Assembly (NCBI GenBank): GCA_002633005.1 | Contig: NMRA01000064.1 | Location: 1 to 64,000, forward strand | From: Phoronis australis | Taxonomy: Eukaryota; Animalia; Phoronida | Direction: 5' to 3' | DNA length: 64,000 nt | Part shown: in pieces, positions 13,827 to 25,415 of the stretch | How positions within the stretch are numbered: the first letter of the stretch is position 1 | Layout of the letters: each line of letters starts with the position of its first letter | The notes under the pieces: generated by a model | What the model was told of the DNA's origin: nothing | Seen by the model: the letters and a program-made list of their open reading frames with translations, nothing else | The model's database searches: none | Program-made: the position numbers and the translations under genes

Positions 13827-14411
13827 AGCGGCACTCACTCTGCAGAAGAACCACCACCGTCGCTGTTGTTTCTCACCGTCCTAACAGGTTAACGCGATAC
13901 CTCTTGGCGAGGTAAGATCGACCGTATGCGAAGTGATGTGGATATAGACTGATTAAGATGGTAAAAAAGACTAATTTAATTGGGTAGCATTCTCCTTTAA
14001 ACTAATCAAACAATGGGAAGTGGAATTTATTCCTCTGCTTTACATTACTATGCAGTAACTGAATTTCAGTCCACCAAATCTGAGTCGGGATCAATAGGAA
14101 GTCACTTTCGTGCTCTCATTACTCTAGAGAGTGTCAGTATAAAAAGTCCCCTATTGAAATGAACAGAGCAACCTACTTGCAAAATTTATTTCACTATGAG
14201 TAATAAGGGTGTCCACGATGGGGTACACTGTTAATTTTGATCCCTATATTAGTACTGCGGTATTCTGTCTGACTAGTGGCAAATCCCAATGAAATAGAGA
14301 CTGTCATGGAAAACCAACACCAACAAATGCCTGGATGGCTCTCTTTTCCACACTCTGAACAGGTGGGTATTCCTATTTTCCACTTCCAGTTGAACCATAT
14401 CAAAAAAATAG

Positions 14412-14463
14412 TAGGCAATGACCATCGCCTCTGTCGGGCCAACAGAGACGATGGTCATTGCCT
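14412..14463. repeat. 52-bp hairpin made of the two termini of the MITE at 15573-16498
   Basis: TAGGCAATGACCATCGCCTCTGT-CGGGCCA-ACAGAGACGATGGTCATTGCCTA. Confidence 0.65.
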
Positions 14464-14929
14464 AAACAACTTAGTCTTAGTAGAGTACACAAGTAGACCC
14501 TGTCCCTGGGCAGTTCTAGGAACCAAAAACATGAGAAGGTATCGAAACGCGACACGACCTTTTTATGCGATACCCGTTAGCCTAGCCCTAAGGCCTCTCG
14601 ACCATTCACAGACCTAGTTTTAGACTTAGTCTGACCACGACTTAGCTTTTTAATTTTAGGTATAATTTTTTCCATTTTCCCGTTTTAAAAGGCCCTGGCT
14701 TTGTCAACTCAACGACATAAATGACAAACAGGAGGACAGTAATTAAAATACGACCGCATAAATGTGCGAGATTTGAATCACAAAGTACACCACCAAAAAT
14801 GTCAGAAAAAGCGATCATCAAGAGAGAACAATTGTTTACCACTCTACCAAAGAAATCACCAACACGGCAACAGGCATCTCTGACAAATCCGACAGATGTC
14901 CGTCCTAAGAAAACTCTTCACCTGTTGCT

Positions 14930-15256
14930 CAAGGTTATAACTACATTTAATATGGCTGCCACCTGTCGTCTGAAACTGATACAAATGGCTTTTAAACGGC
15001 ACATTTCTCGGAAAATTTTTCAAAGCCAAACTGAAACGGCCTATAAAAGACATTTCTCGGGACATTAATTGGAACACAAGCTCACCATTGACCTATTTTA
15101 AACGCATCAAATGTGGAAATTCTGAATTTCCGGTTAGGGAACCGGAAATACCTTCCTCCTCATCTCGTCAGATGTCGCGGGAGTAAAAGTTTGTGAAAGA
15201 CCGGTGCGCATGAGGTTCACGCTTTCGCACAATATCACTGACAATAAATACCGAAT
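14930..15256. promoter_or_regulatory. Putative DDX54 promoter, possibly shared divergently with the phosphatase gene
   Basis: CpG-richer stretch just upstream of the DDX54 ATG with a YY1-like AATATGGCTGCC and paired ETS-like TTCCGG/CCGGAA sites near 15128-15148. Inference only. Confidence 0.3.
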
Positions 15257-18200
15257 ATGCCACGGGGAAGGAAAGGCAAAAAGAAAGATGGACGAAATCA
15301 AGAGTCAAATCCCATGGATTTGAAGGAAAAGGAGTCCGTACTATCTGTAAGGTTATATCCTGGAGAACCTGTTGCCCATTTTTACTTGGTCTTGCCGCTT
15401 GGCACTGGCAGTGAGTTGGTGACTGGTGTTACTGTTGCTGTGGAGTGTGGTCGAACTCGGAAATGGAATCCTGCTTAATCTCAAGATCGCGTTTGTGTGA
15501 ACTTGGGAATTCACGACAGAACTTGACACTTTCACTCAAATCAATCACTTTCACGTAGCTTAGTACTAATAGTAGGCAATGACCATCGCCTCTGTTGGCC
15601 CGAAGCAGAGGCGATGTAGAGGCTATAGGCGCTCTGTACGCCGGAAGCTTTTCGGCGAATTATGCCTCGCACCGACTAAACCATCAAAGTCACGTTGTTA
15701 TAAATACCTTTTGCGCATAGAGGAACACCTTAGGAGGTTGTCGATGTGTTTAATTCCTTCCAACTCGAACAAATACTCCCGTTATGAAACTTTTTCTTCG
15801 AGCAGTCCCTATTTCAGGTCCCAAAATCGTGAAATCAACTTTTTCATTTTTTTAACCAGGCCGAAGGTCAGAAGTTGCGGACCTACCGGCGAACTTTGAA
15901 AGCTGAAGTTCCCGCCCTTCGCGTACGTGCTGCCGGGAACCAGCCGTGCATTTGCCGTGTTGTTAAACATTAAAATGTCAAATATGTGCACAAAGACTTT
16001 TAAATGTCATATCAACAGCATTTATTTTTATCAAATACAAACAATAATTCATTGAAATACAAACAGTTTCAAGTAACGCCAATTAAAGAAAAGTGGTGGC
16101 ATTTTGGAAACGAACATTTGACTGACAAGACCGCAATGGCTCACCTTTGGCCTATTTAAAAAATATTGAGGTTATGAAGTCACATCACCTAGCGAGCGCG
16201 GTAAAAGTTGGAGCGTGCGCAGTACAAAAATTTTGATTTCACGATTTTGGGAACTGAAATAGGGACTGCTCGAAGAAAAAGTTTCATAACGGGAGTATTT
16301 GTTCGAGTTGGAAGGACTTAAACACATCGACAACCTCCTAAGGTGTTCCTCTATGCGCAAAAGGTATTTATAACAACGCGACTTTGATGGTTTAGTCAGT
16401 GCGAGGCATAATTCGCCGAAAAGCTTCCGGCGTACAGAGCGTCTATAGCCTCTACATCGCCTCTGCTTCGGGCCAACAGAGGCGATGGTCATTGCCTAGT
16501 AGCTTAGGTGCAAAGTTGTATACTAAATCTACAGCTTTGCGCCGATGTGGGTAAAAAATTGACCAGATAAAATCTGACACAAAATTAGTGTCATTAAAAT
16601 AAGAAGTAATCAAAGAGTTTCATACCGCTGAGTATGTTAATTGACTGTCTTTGATTTGTGTAACATAACTACTCATTTTGAAGTATATCTTGCATAGGTA
16701 GGTGTGTTTTACGCTCTAGTTGTACTGTTTTTCCTGCGCATTACAAGTGAGCTTCAAGTGGCCATTTCTGGAAGTCTAACTTTTTATCACACATCATCAT
16801 GTATTGGCACGCAAGACTTTTATCAATTCTGACAAGAAATGTTGTCTATGTGAACATAGCTTCATAATATTTTCTGTTACAGACGATGAAAGGGTTTCCT
16901 ACTGCAGATGTCTGTGATGAAGAATACGAAACTAACCGGAAGTTGATTCAACAGCAGAATAGGAAGAAAAAGAAGTCAGGAGGATTCCAGTCAATGGGTT
17001 GATACATTTTTTTCTGTTTTTCAAAATTCACTTCACTTTTATTTTATGAAAGAGTGAAAGTATTTCGCTGTGGAGTGTTTAATGCCTTCTGCATTTCTTG
17101 TTGTTTGTTTTGTGGATTTGTTAATTAACATCTGTTAAGACTTGTCAGCACACAGTTTAAAAGATTGGGCTACGACGTTGAAGTCTACCATAGCATTTAA
17201 ATATTGACTCTCATTGGAGTTCCCTTGATGAGTATAATTGCCCACTGCAGCCCTGACTGATGGAGAGTTAATGATAGAACGTGTGATTTAAAACTTGTCT
17301 GTTTTAATTTTGTGTTTGATATCTAACCAACTTATTGGCAATCATATTGCTTTCCGCGCATAAATTACAACCAACGGATTATAGTTGTCAGCAATAATTA
17401 TTTGCCAGTTGTTCCCAAAACGTCACTACCTGTACCTTGTTAAGTCACCAGCTGAGTTCGGTTGTACAACTGTGAGTAGCGTAATGTAGCATAGTGTTTT
17501 TGAAACAAAAATCTCAGGAAGCAGCTGGATTTGGGCTTAATAACAACAACAGGAATAATAATAGTAGTAGTAGTAGTAGTAGTAGTAATAATAATAATAA
17601 TAATAATAATACTAACAATAATAATAGTAAAGCAAGAAGTTTTAGTTTCTTTGACAACTTGGAAGGTTTTGACTCTTAAAAACGACTTGCAATATTCTTG
17701 CTCTGAGCAATACTACCTTTGAAGAGTCAGTGTAACCCAATGAGATAAGTGTCTACTTCCTTTACTCAAGGTCACTGGTTTGAGTCCCACTGGGCCACGC
17801 TGCGAGACCCTTGAGTCGGGTTTCTAGCTCCTCAGCTCGGTTTTAGTGATATGCTGATAAAGCAAAAAAATGGTTTCAGGTGACCAGTGCAGTGATCCCA
17901 CCCGAGTGGCCTGTGCGCGTTGGGTACAATGTGTATCAGTCCGCCTGCATTATTTTACTTTATTGCTTCCTTTTGCGTATTGCAGGTCTATCTCACAGTG
18001 TGTTTACAGGAATCACACGAAAAGGATACAAAGTTCCAACTCCCATTCAAAGAAAGGTTTGGATTATTAAACACTTTTCCTAATCTTGTTCTCGGGCTGC
18101 AATAAAATCATGGCTGTATTGAGGTTATTAGTTGAAACTCGCAAGATTGTGTTTTATTAGCTAGTGCTCAACTTTGCCGTCAATTACCACTGTGGACATG

Positions 18201-21200
18201 GCACTAATAATCCATAATGAATGCTACACTTTGAAATGTAACACAGCTTTAGGAACACTTGACGTAATCATGTACTCTCAAGTCTGTTTTTCTCAACTGA
18301 ACACCCTTTCCCAGATTGTTGAGTTTGTCATTTGAAATGCTCCATGCATTAACCCATATATGTAGGGCAAGTTGAAGCACTTTCAGGTGAACGATTTAAT
18401 CAGGTGTTGTATCGTAATGTGATTCTTATTTTTTTGTGTACTGAATTTATAGATCACTATTTTAAAATGAACTGACTGTTTGAAAGGTAAACTCTTTTCT
18501 ATTCCGTGAATAAGACGATTATTGTTTGTATAAGGAGCTCCCTTACTTTGTAGCTTTAGTCTCAATATTTGGTTGCCAGCAAACTGAATAGTAATTGATT
18601 TATATTTGTCTTGATTGTGTATAAAGTCATTAAGAGTGAAATGCTGCGTCTTTGAAATTGATGGCACTGCAAACGTATGAGTGTCCTGTATTAATAACTA
18701 AGTTAACACTTTTTGGTAATTCCAAACAGTAATAAAGATGTAAAGCGTCTTTATTGAATTCCAGACCATCCCTCTGATTCTGGATGGTAAGGACGTAGTA
18801 GCCATGGCTCGTACAGGAAGTGGTAAAACAGCTGCTTTTCTTATCCCTCTCTTTGAGAAGTTGAAAGTTCACTCTGCACAGTCTGGGGCTCGTGCACTCA
18901 TAATGTCACCAACAAGAGAACTGGCCCTTCAAACATTGAAGTTCACAAAAGAGGTAGGCTTGAGTGGCGCACATCGAAGATAAAGCCTGTTGGAAATTTA
19001 TATGGCATTTTGGTATCTGTAAAACCTATGTCAGACAATAAACTTTGACCACTGGCTTATTGTTAAAATTAAAGGAATGTTATTGAATTTTTGGAAGTTC
19101 AGGTAAATGAGGGGATTTAAATGACTTTAGATAACTGGATACCATTTTTGTAAAAAAATTAATTTGTCAAAATTAATGCTTTGCTGAGACCATAAGGCGA
19201 TGTCTCATGAATTCACCATCCTTTCAACCTGGGTATTGTTATTATAAAATCTCTATCTTCATTATCTGCCAATTCATCGTTGAATTAAATGTAAAAAAAT
19301 CTTTATAAAAATGAAATTTTCACCTCTACTAGATAAGTTGCAGTGTCTCAGTTTGACGAGACCATCCTCAATTAAAACATTTCTGTAATTAAATGTGAAG
19401 GTTCTCATACTAAACAGCGTAATCACTAGCACAGGCCCCTGTCTCTTCACGTAAGTGGATTGTTTTATCAAAGCTTGTAAGTCCAGTCTAAGCTGAGGTT
19501 GCCGACAGTTGAATTTGCTCATTGTTCATTAAAAGATGATCACTGGCTTTTATTTCTTATAATGAATATTTTTTGGAAAGACATGATAATTTCTCCCCAT
19601 TTCTTCACGGTGCCATTGTTAAGATTTCCAAACAAAAGTCTGCATACCTGTCACTGTCACTGTCACGTAAGAGCCTGTAAAAAGCAAAGAAAATATTTAT
19701 GTTTTTACGCTCACGTCGGCAAACACAATATGTGCATTGATTCAGACCTGGCTGTTTTGCCAGATCGGGTGACCTTTGGCCAAAACAACTACCTCACTGT
19801 GGCATTTTGGGTGATGCAAAAATTGATTGCGTGACATTTGCAAGTCCGTGCTTTCAGAAACACTGCATCAAATCACTGTCATTTATTTCTTAAGTTCACT
19901 ACTTTGTTCAAATGTTTGGTGTTTTCCTTATGTTCCGTGCCAAGTAAAATAGGCAGACAGGAAGATTTTAGGCGTTGATATTCTATAATGTGATAATTAT
20001 ATAATGTGATAATTGTATAATGTGATGATTCTATAATGTGATGATTCTATAATGTGATAATTCTATAATGGGATAATTCTATAATGTGATAATTCTATAA
20101 TGGGATAATTTTATGTGATAATTCTATAATGTGATAATTCTATAATGGGATAATTCTATAATGTGATAATTCTATAATGTGGCTCATGAAGGTGATCAAA
20201 AAGTCTATATTGTATTTATTGTATTGTATTTAATATTTATTATAGTGACAAGTACAATTAATTCAAACAGTTATAACGTTCATAAGAAAAATAAGTACCC
20301 AGCCCAGTTGGGCTTATTAGTCACTTTAACTACACATCTCAGATGTGCCACAAATGCGACAGTTTCTGAGTTCAAAAGCAGACTTGATATATTTGGCGAA
20401 TTGCCTAGGGAAATACTGAAACAGCAGTTTTAACGTATCTAATCTTCTGAAATCTGCGTGTAACATATCAACATATCATTCACTGCAATGTTTGAATCTT
20501 ATAAAAATGCAGCATTGTGTTGGCATTACCGCGCCTCTGACCATCTTAGCTTCAACAGTGTTACTGTACTTATGACCTTTGATAAAACAAGTTCATGTTG
20601 TGTAATCTGAATGGTATAACACATAATGTTGTAACATTTCAGCTTGGTAGGTTCACAGGACTGAGAGCTGCTGTTATTCTGGGAGGCGATAAGTAAGTGG
20701 AAGTTGCCAATAACAGAACACAATGTCAGTAGCTTTTCTGCTCAAATAACAAGATAAGTATTACACCCATTTCTCAATATTCTGCATCTTTGAGAAGGCT
20801 TTGCAACCACAGCACGAGAATACTATGTGATTAATAAATACCCCTTAGTCATTTTTCTTGCAAACTCTTTTTTGGCTGAAATTCTTTTGTCTTTCAGCTG
20901 CGTTTGAACATTCAAGCCTTGCACAAGGAAGTGTGTGTAGTATTTCTCATGTCAGTAAATAAATCGGTAAATAAATAAATCGGATCAACTGAAATTTGAA
21001 ATTTTCGGATGTAATAACATCCGAAAATTTCAAATTTCAGTTGATCCATTCTTGTTGTTTTATTTACCGATTTATATTCTTCATTTCATGAAACAATAGT
21101 ATCCTTGGGAGAATCTGGATCGCCTTAGTTAGTTTCAGATATATTTTCTACGTTGTTTTTCATGTCAGTAATAAATTCATTGTTTCAGAATGGAGGACCA

Positions 21201-22691
21201 GTTTGCAGCACTTCATGAGAATCCCGATATGTAAGTAACTCACTATGTGAACCATGTAATTTGTCACGTGGCCATTTTCACAGCAATTCCTGCATATTGT
21301 ACAGTAGAGGTTCATGTGGAAAGGTGGTGCTGAACAAGAAATCAAACCATGCTTCTTGATTTGGGTATTGAGTGGTTCGGAACTCAAAACCAAAAGGTCG
21401 TGGGTTCAATTCCTGGCTTAATGTTGCTGTATGTAGTTGGGTCTTTGAGCAAGATACTTAATTTGTGTCACTCCAGTTTACTCAGCTATACAGAAATGTG
21501 CTGGGTAGTACCCTGTGATGGATTAGTGACCAGGAGGTCTTGACATACTGCCATCTACTCGTACCACAGAAACCAGAGTTAGAAACTGACCCAGTGAGCC
21601 TATGGTGTAAATAGCACTCATGCTTTTACCAAGCCACCTACTGCTCGGCTTCTTGTACACTTAAAGCCTCAGTCTATAAATATGTTTTCCCTCTTAGAAG
21701 CGAATCTTTGATTTAGATGACTTTCTGCTCAGAAATTGGTCTCAACTTGTTTTTTACTTGGATAAGTAAGTGATGTCTTGGCTTGCAAAGAACTAACACT
21801 TCGTTATTCCTTGAGTAAGTGGTGTCTTGGCTGGCATAGAACTAAAAGTTTGTTATTCCTTGACACCATGTTTGGCAAAGTCTCGACCAATACTAAACTG
21901 TCAATTGTTTTGAGCCCATGAAATCACCACCAATTTGAGACCAAGTTCATATTGGTTTGTGGTATAAGTCAAAAGTTGTTTTGTTTTGATGTAAGATAGG
22001 TTTGTAGTCACTTTGAACTGCAACAAACTATATTGCCTATGAGCGATTTTCATAGCGAAGGCTATGATGTAGTAGTGTGGTGTTAGAGTCAGAGGTAATA
22101 GCCACATGCTGAAATATCACAGCGCCCTCTGTGACTCTTTGTTATTTATCCACAATACTGCACTTTCCCTGCAGTTGTACAGCATGTTGGTGCCATGCTG
22201 ATCACTATTTCGTATTAAAAATAGTTTGTTATCTGTCGTTCTGATGCCAATCAAGTAAAAAGTTGCAATGCAGAAGTCAAGCACTTCTAAAAGCCGTGTG
22301 TGGTCTGATAGATTATACTTCACTGGTCCGACTTGACTGAGAAGCTTTCTAAAACTAGGCCATTCTTACAGTGTGTAGATCTACCTCTGCAAAAGAGGGG
22401 AGTTGATTCTGTGGTTGTGGGAATTAGCTGTACTTTTACGATAACTTATTGCATGTAGTTATAGTGATCCAACACTTTCTCATTCCCATTTTGTGCAAGA
22501 GGTGCAAAATGATAGATGACCCCCATGATTTTACATACTGGGAATATTTTATATATTTGTTTCGTTACTCATCCAGTAAATTCTATGTGTTCCAGAATCA
22601 TAGCAACACCTGGCAGATTCCTGCATGTGATTGTGGAGATGGATCTCAAACTGACATCTGTGGAGTATGTTGTGTTTGATGAGGCTGACAG
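15257..22691 (+). CDS. DDX54: DEAD-box RNA helicase DDX54/Dbp10, exons 1-7 (15257-15346, 16883-16997, 17986-18056, 18765-18953, 20643-20692, 21189-21230, 22596-22691); 3' part not in window
   Basis: Phase-consistent GT-AG exons read ...[70 protein letters not shown]...[79 protein letters not shown], near-identical to DDX54 from the Q motif to motif II. Confidence 0.95.
15573..16498. mobile_element. MITE with ~270-bp near-perfect terminal inverted repeats in DDX54 intron 1
   Basis: Arms 15573-~15840 and ~16230-16498 give mirror-image ORFs (15579+ and 16492-, near-identical translations); each end has an internal hairpin CATCGCCTCTG...CAGAGGCGATG. Confidence 0.8.
17538..17630. repeat. Compound (AAT)n/(AGT)n microsatellite
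   Basis: Directly visible. Confidence 0.9.
17730..17930 (+). mobile_element. Degenerate tRNA-derived SINE-like element
   Basis: A/B-box-like head (GTAACCCAATGAGATAAG...GGTTTGAGTCCC) followed by CCCTTGAG; does not fold into a full tRNA. Confidence 0.4.
19978..20180. repeat. 16-bp minisatellite (TTCTATAATGTGATAA), ~12 copies
   Basis: Directly visible. Confidence 0.9.
20960..21074. repeat. Perfect 31-bp inverted repeat with 4-nt loop plus outer 16-bp arms
   Basis: GGATCAACTGAAATTTGAAATTTTCGGATGT (20982-21012), loop AATA, exact reverse complement (21017-21047); outer TAAATCGGTAAATAAA/TTTATTTACCGATTTA. Confidence 0.85.
21365..21602 (+). mobile_element. tRNA-derived SINE (CORE-like body), degenerate
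   Basis: B-box GGTTCAATTCC followed by TCTTTGAGCAAGATACTTAA...CCCTGTGATGGATTAG...ACAGAAACCAG, typical of invertebrate SINE2 bodies. Confidence 0.55.
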
Positions 22692-24404
22692 GTACGCTTA
22701 TTTCTACCACTTCATCTTCTTAAAATATGTTTTGTGTATTTAGATTATTTTATATGTGAGCATATTACTGTGCAGTTGCGTACATAGTTTTGGTGGGTCT
22801 GGGCAGCTGTCTCTCAGTCAAAGAACCTGGCTAAAGTAGATTTGCAATGATTTCGAATTATCAACATATCCTCTATTTGCAGTTTTCCTTTTTTCTTCTT
22901 CATTTCTAAATCTACCTAGTTCCTTGGTGAATCTTGGTGACATTTGGCTGACAATATAAAAGATTACAGCTCCAGGCCATACGTAGACGTGCTTTATGTC
23001 ATGCCATTTTAGGGCACTTTGTATTATTTTTTTGCCCTCCTAGTATATGCATGATGTGCATATTGCTATAATATAATGTTGTTTGGAGCTGCTTTATTTC
23101 TGAATTCCTCAATTGATCGTCATGAAATCTAGCTCAGTGATGTGTTCCTGCCTAAGGTGATGGAGATGGTGTCCATTATGTACACAGACCACTTCTTTAG
23201 CCAAATATTTCCAGTTTTTGAGAACTCGAGTTCAAATTAAGTCGATTTGCCAAAGCCGAGAAAAAGCTGATTAAATTGTGGGAAGTGAAGGTCTCAAGGT
23301 CTTCGGTTATTTATTTGGTGAAAACTTGTTTCGGTCAATATAACTTATATACCCCTTAGGCACATTCATTATTTCAACATTCACGCGCAATGTCATCTGA
23401 ATTTGCAGTGTGTAATTAATTTAATTATCACAAAAACGTTCAATTTAAACCAAGCCGATTTCCAATGCAGTCTAACTAGGTCACGGACGGAGCCAAAATA
23501 TTAAGTGGGTTAAGCTGGTGCATTGTGGTCGACTTTAAAGTAGGTCAACAGCTCATTGTTAGACACACTACGTGCTGGGAGACTGATATGAAACCCAAGT
23601 ACGAAATGGATACAGAAATCGGGTCGGTGGTTAAAGCACGTTGTGAGCACGAGATCGAATCAGTGAAATGTCGAATTACTTATTGAATTGAAGAATTTGG
23701 GTGAAGATTTTTCTGTTTTCACGACTTTTTGTGTTCGTAAATGCATAGTCACATAGGCGCTAGGCAACTCATAGCATTTGTTCTCAATGGTCATATGTAT
23801 GCAGACACACAACTCTCTCAGGATCAAAGCCAAGTTTTGTCTTCGTTTTGCCCGCATATTTCTATCATTTGTACACGTCATTGACGCAATATTTTGGCGA
23901 CTTGGCGAATGAAAGCACTGAAAGTACATATGGAACTGCTCTGTACCTGGCAGGAGTTACAATTTGAGTGACAGCCCCGTAACCTTTGACCTCGGATAAG
24001 TAGTAAACAAATGTCCATCTGGTTTCATGGTGGTTCTGGTAAATCTTTTTTTGGCTACACTGTATACATTTCGTATTTGAAGTTCTTCCGAGGTATTTTG
24101 CTGAACATGTGTAAAACATTGTAAAAATGGCCAATTTTTATGAATAAGGTTATCCTTAACAACAAAAGCTGGTCCTCTCAACAAGGCACACATTGGTCCC
24201 CTCCTCACAATATTGCTTTTATACTTTCAATGCCTTTTTGATGCTAAAATGTTCATTTTCAAAGGCTGATTACTTTACGGAAAATCATGGAAAATTTATT
24301 GAAAGCTGTTATATGGTATCTGCACAGTACAAACCATGCTAGTGATCGCCTGTATTTTCTGGTTCTTTATTTTGGTGGAGAAATTTGACAAAATTTAATT
24401 TCAC

Positions 24405-24880
24405 TTGATAAAAGTAAGAAAAATTACTCACGAGAAGACATTCAGTTAGTTGAGTATAATGTTTCAAGCCGCAGCTCAGGCCCTTAATCACATGACTGTT
24501 CTTCCCGCCGGTGTGAAACTGGAAGTAACACCTGACCGTAAATAGGAGGAAGTTGCAGACCCTGGTCACAGTAAAGTGGGGGTTGCAATGCTTAATGTAA
24601 ATGACCTCTTTGATCTTACGGGAGTGCCAATGTTCTTCTCTAGATAAAGCTTATGTATTGCCTCCAAAGAGGCCATTTACATTAAACAGTACAGCTACCC
24701 ACTTAACAGTGACTAGGGACTGCAACTTCCTCCTATTTACGATCAGGTGTTACTTCTGGTTTCACAATGGTGGGAAGATCACTCATGTGATCAAGGGCCT
24801 GAGCTGCAGGCTTGAAACATTATGCTCAACTAACTAGTAAATGTCTCCTAGTAAGTACATTTTCTCGTTTTTACTATCAT
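24405..24880. mobile_element. Palindromic (foldback) MITE, ~200-bp imperfect arms
   Basis: Arms give mirror-image ORFs 24339- and 24601+ (CNFLLFT.RCYF.FH.GGK..HVIKGLSC). Confidence 0.75.
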
Positions 24881-25415
24881 CAAAGGAGACAACAATGAAC
24901 AGTTTTAGCCATAATTTCACTTGTCGGCCACGTTGTAATGGTAAATAAGTAAAGAATTACTGTACCAAGCGAAGATTATGATTTTTATGGTCGTGCACCT
25001 CGCTCAAATTATAATTGAAATAAAAAAAAACATTCACCAGCCTGAATAATAACATTGCCATCAAATGCAAAGATTTTAAATCATAAAAAATGCAGCACCA
25101 ATTTTATTACAACTACAAGTACATATTAACAGTTGTGTAGCCTGTTCTGCTGTGAGGATGCTGGAGTGGGCTGCGTACTGTTAATCTTAATGTAAGTCTC
25201 ATGAGCTGAAACCAAGCTCACGGGTGGACGGTAGCACAGTGCTAACAATGCCTCCACCCTGCAGACAATGTGAGTATGCGTGGCTGAGACTTTAATCCAC
25301 AGTGCTGGTGAGAACTACGGGAAGAATACTGCTACTTAGAAACTTTGTGCCGATTTGTAGATTATCTTGTCAAGACAAGCCAGCAATGCTACAACGCAAT
25401 CAGTTTGCTTTTTAC

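Larger units (their letters stand above)
12148..13996. mobile_element. Kolobok-superfamily DNA transposon, internally deleted / non-autonomous
   Basis: TTAA duplication at 12144-12147 and 13997-14000; TIRs AGGAGAATGC(C/T)AC; contains a P2RX7-ballast/KolX-like ORF (+) and a degenerate THAP domain (-). Confidence 0.8.

Noticed and set aside
15579-16492. Two near-identical 106-aa ORFs on opposite strands
   Set aside because: They are translations of the MITE inverted arms, not a duplicated gene.
17730-17800. Additional tRNA genes (also ~1820-1890 and ~21370-21420)
   Set aside because: Only degenerate A/B boxes without a complete cloverleaf; better explained as SINE heads.
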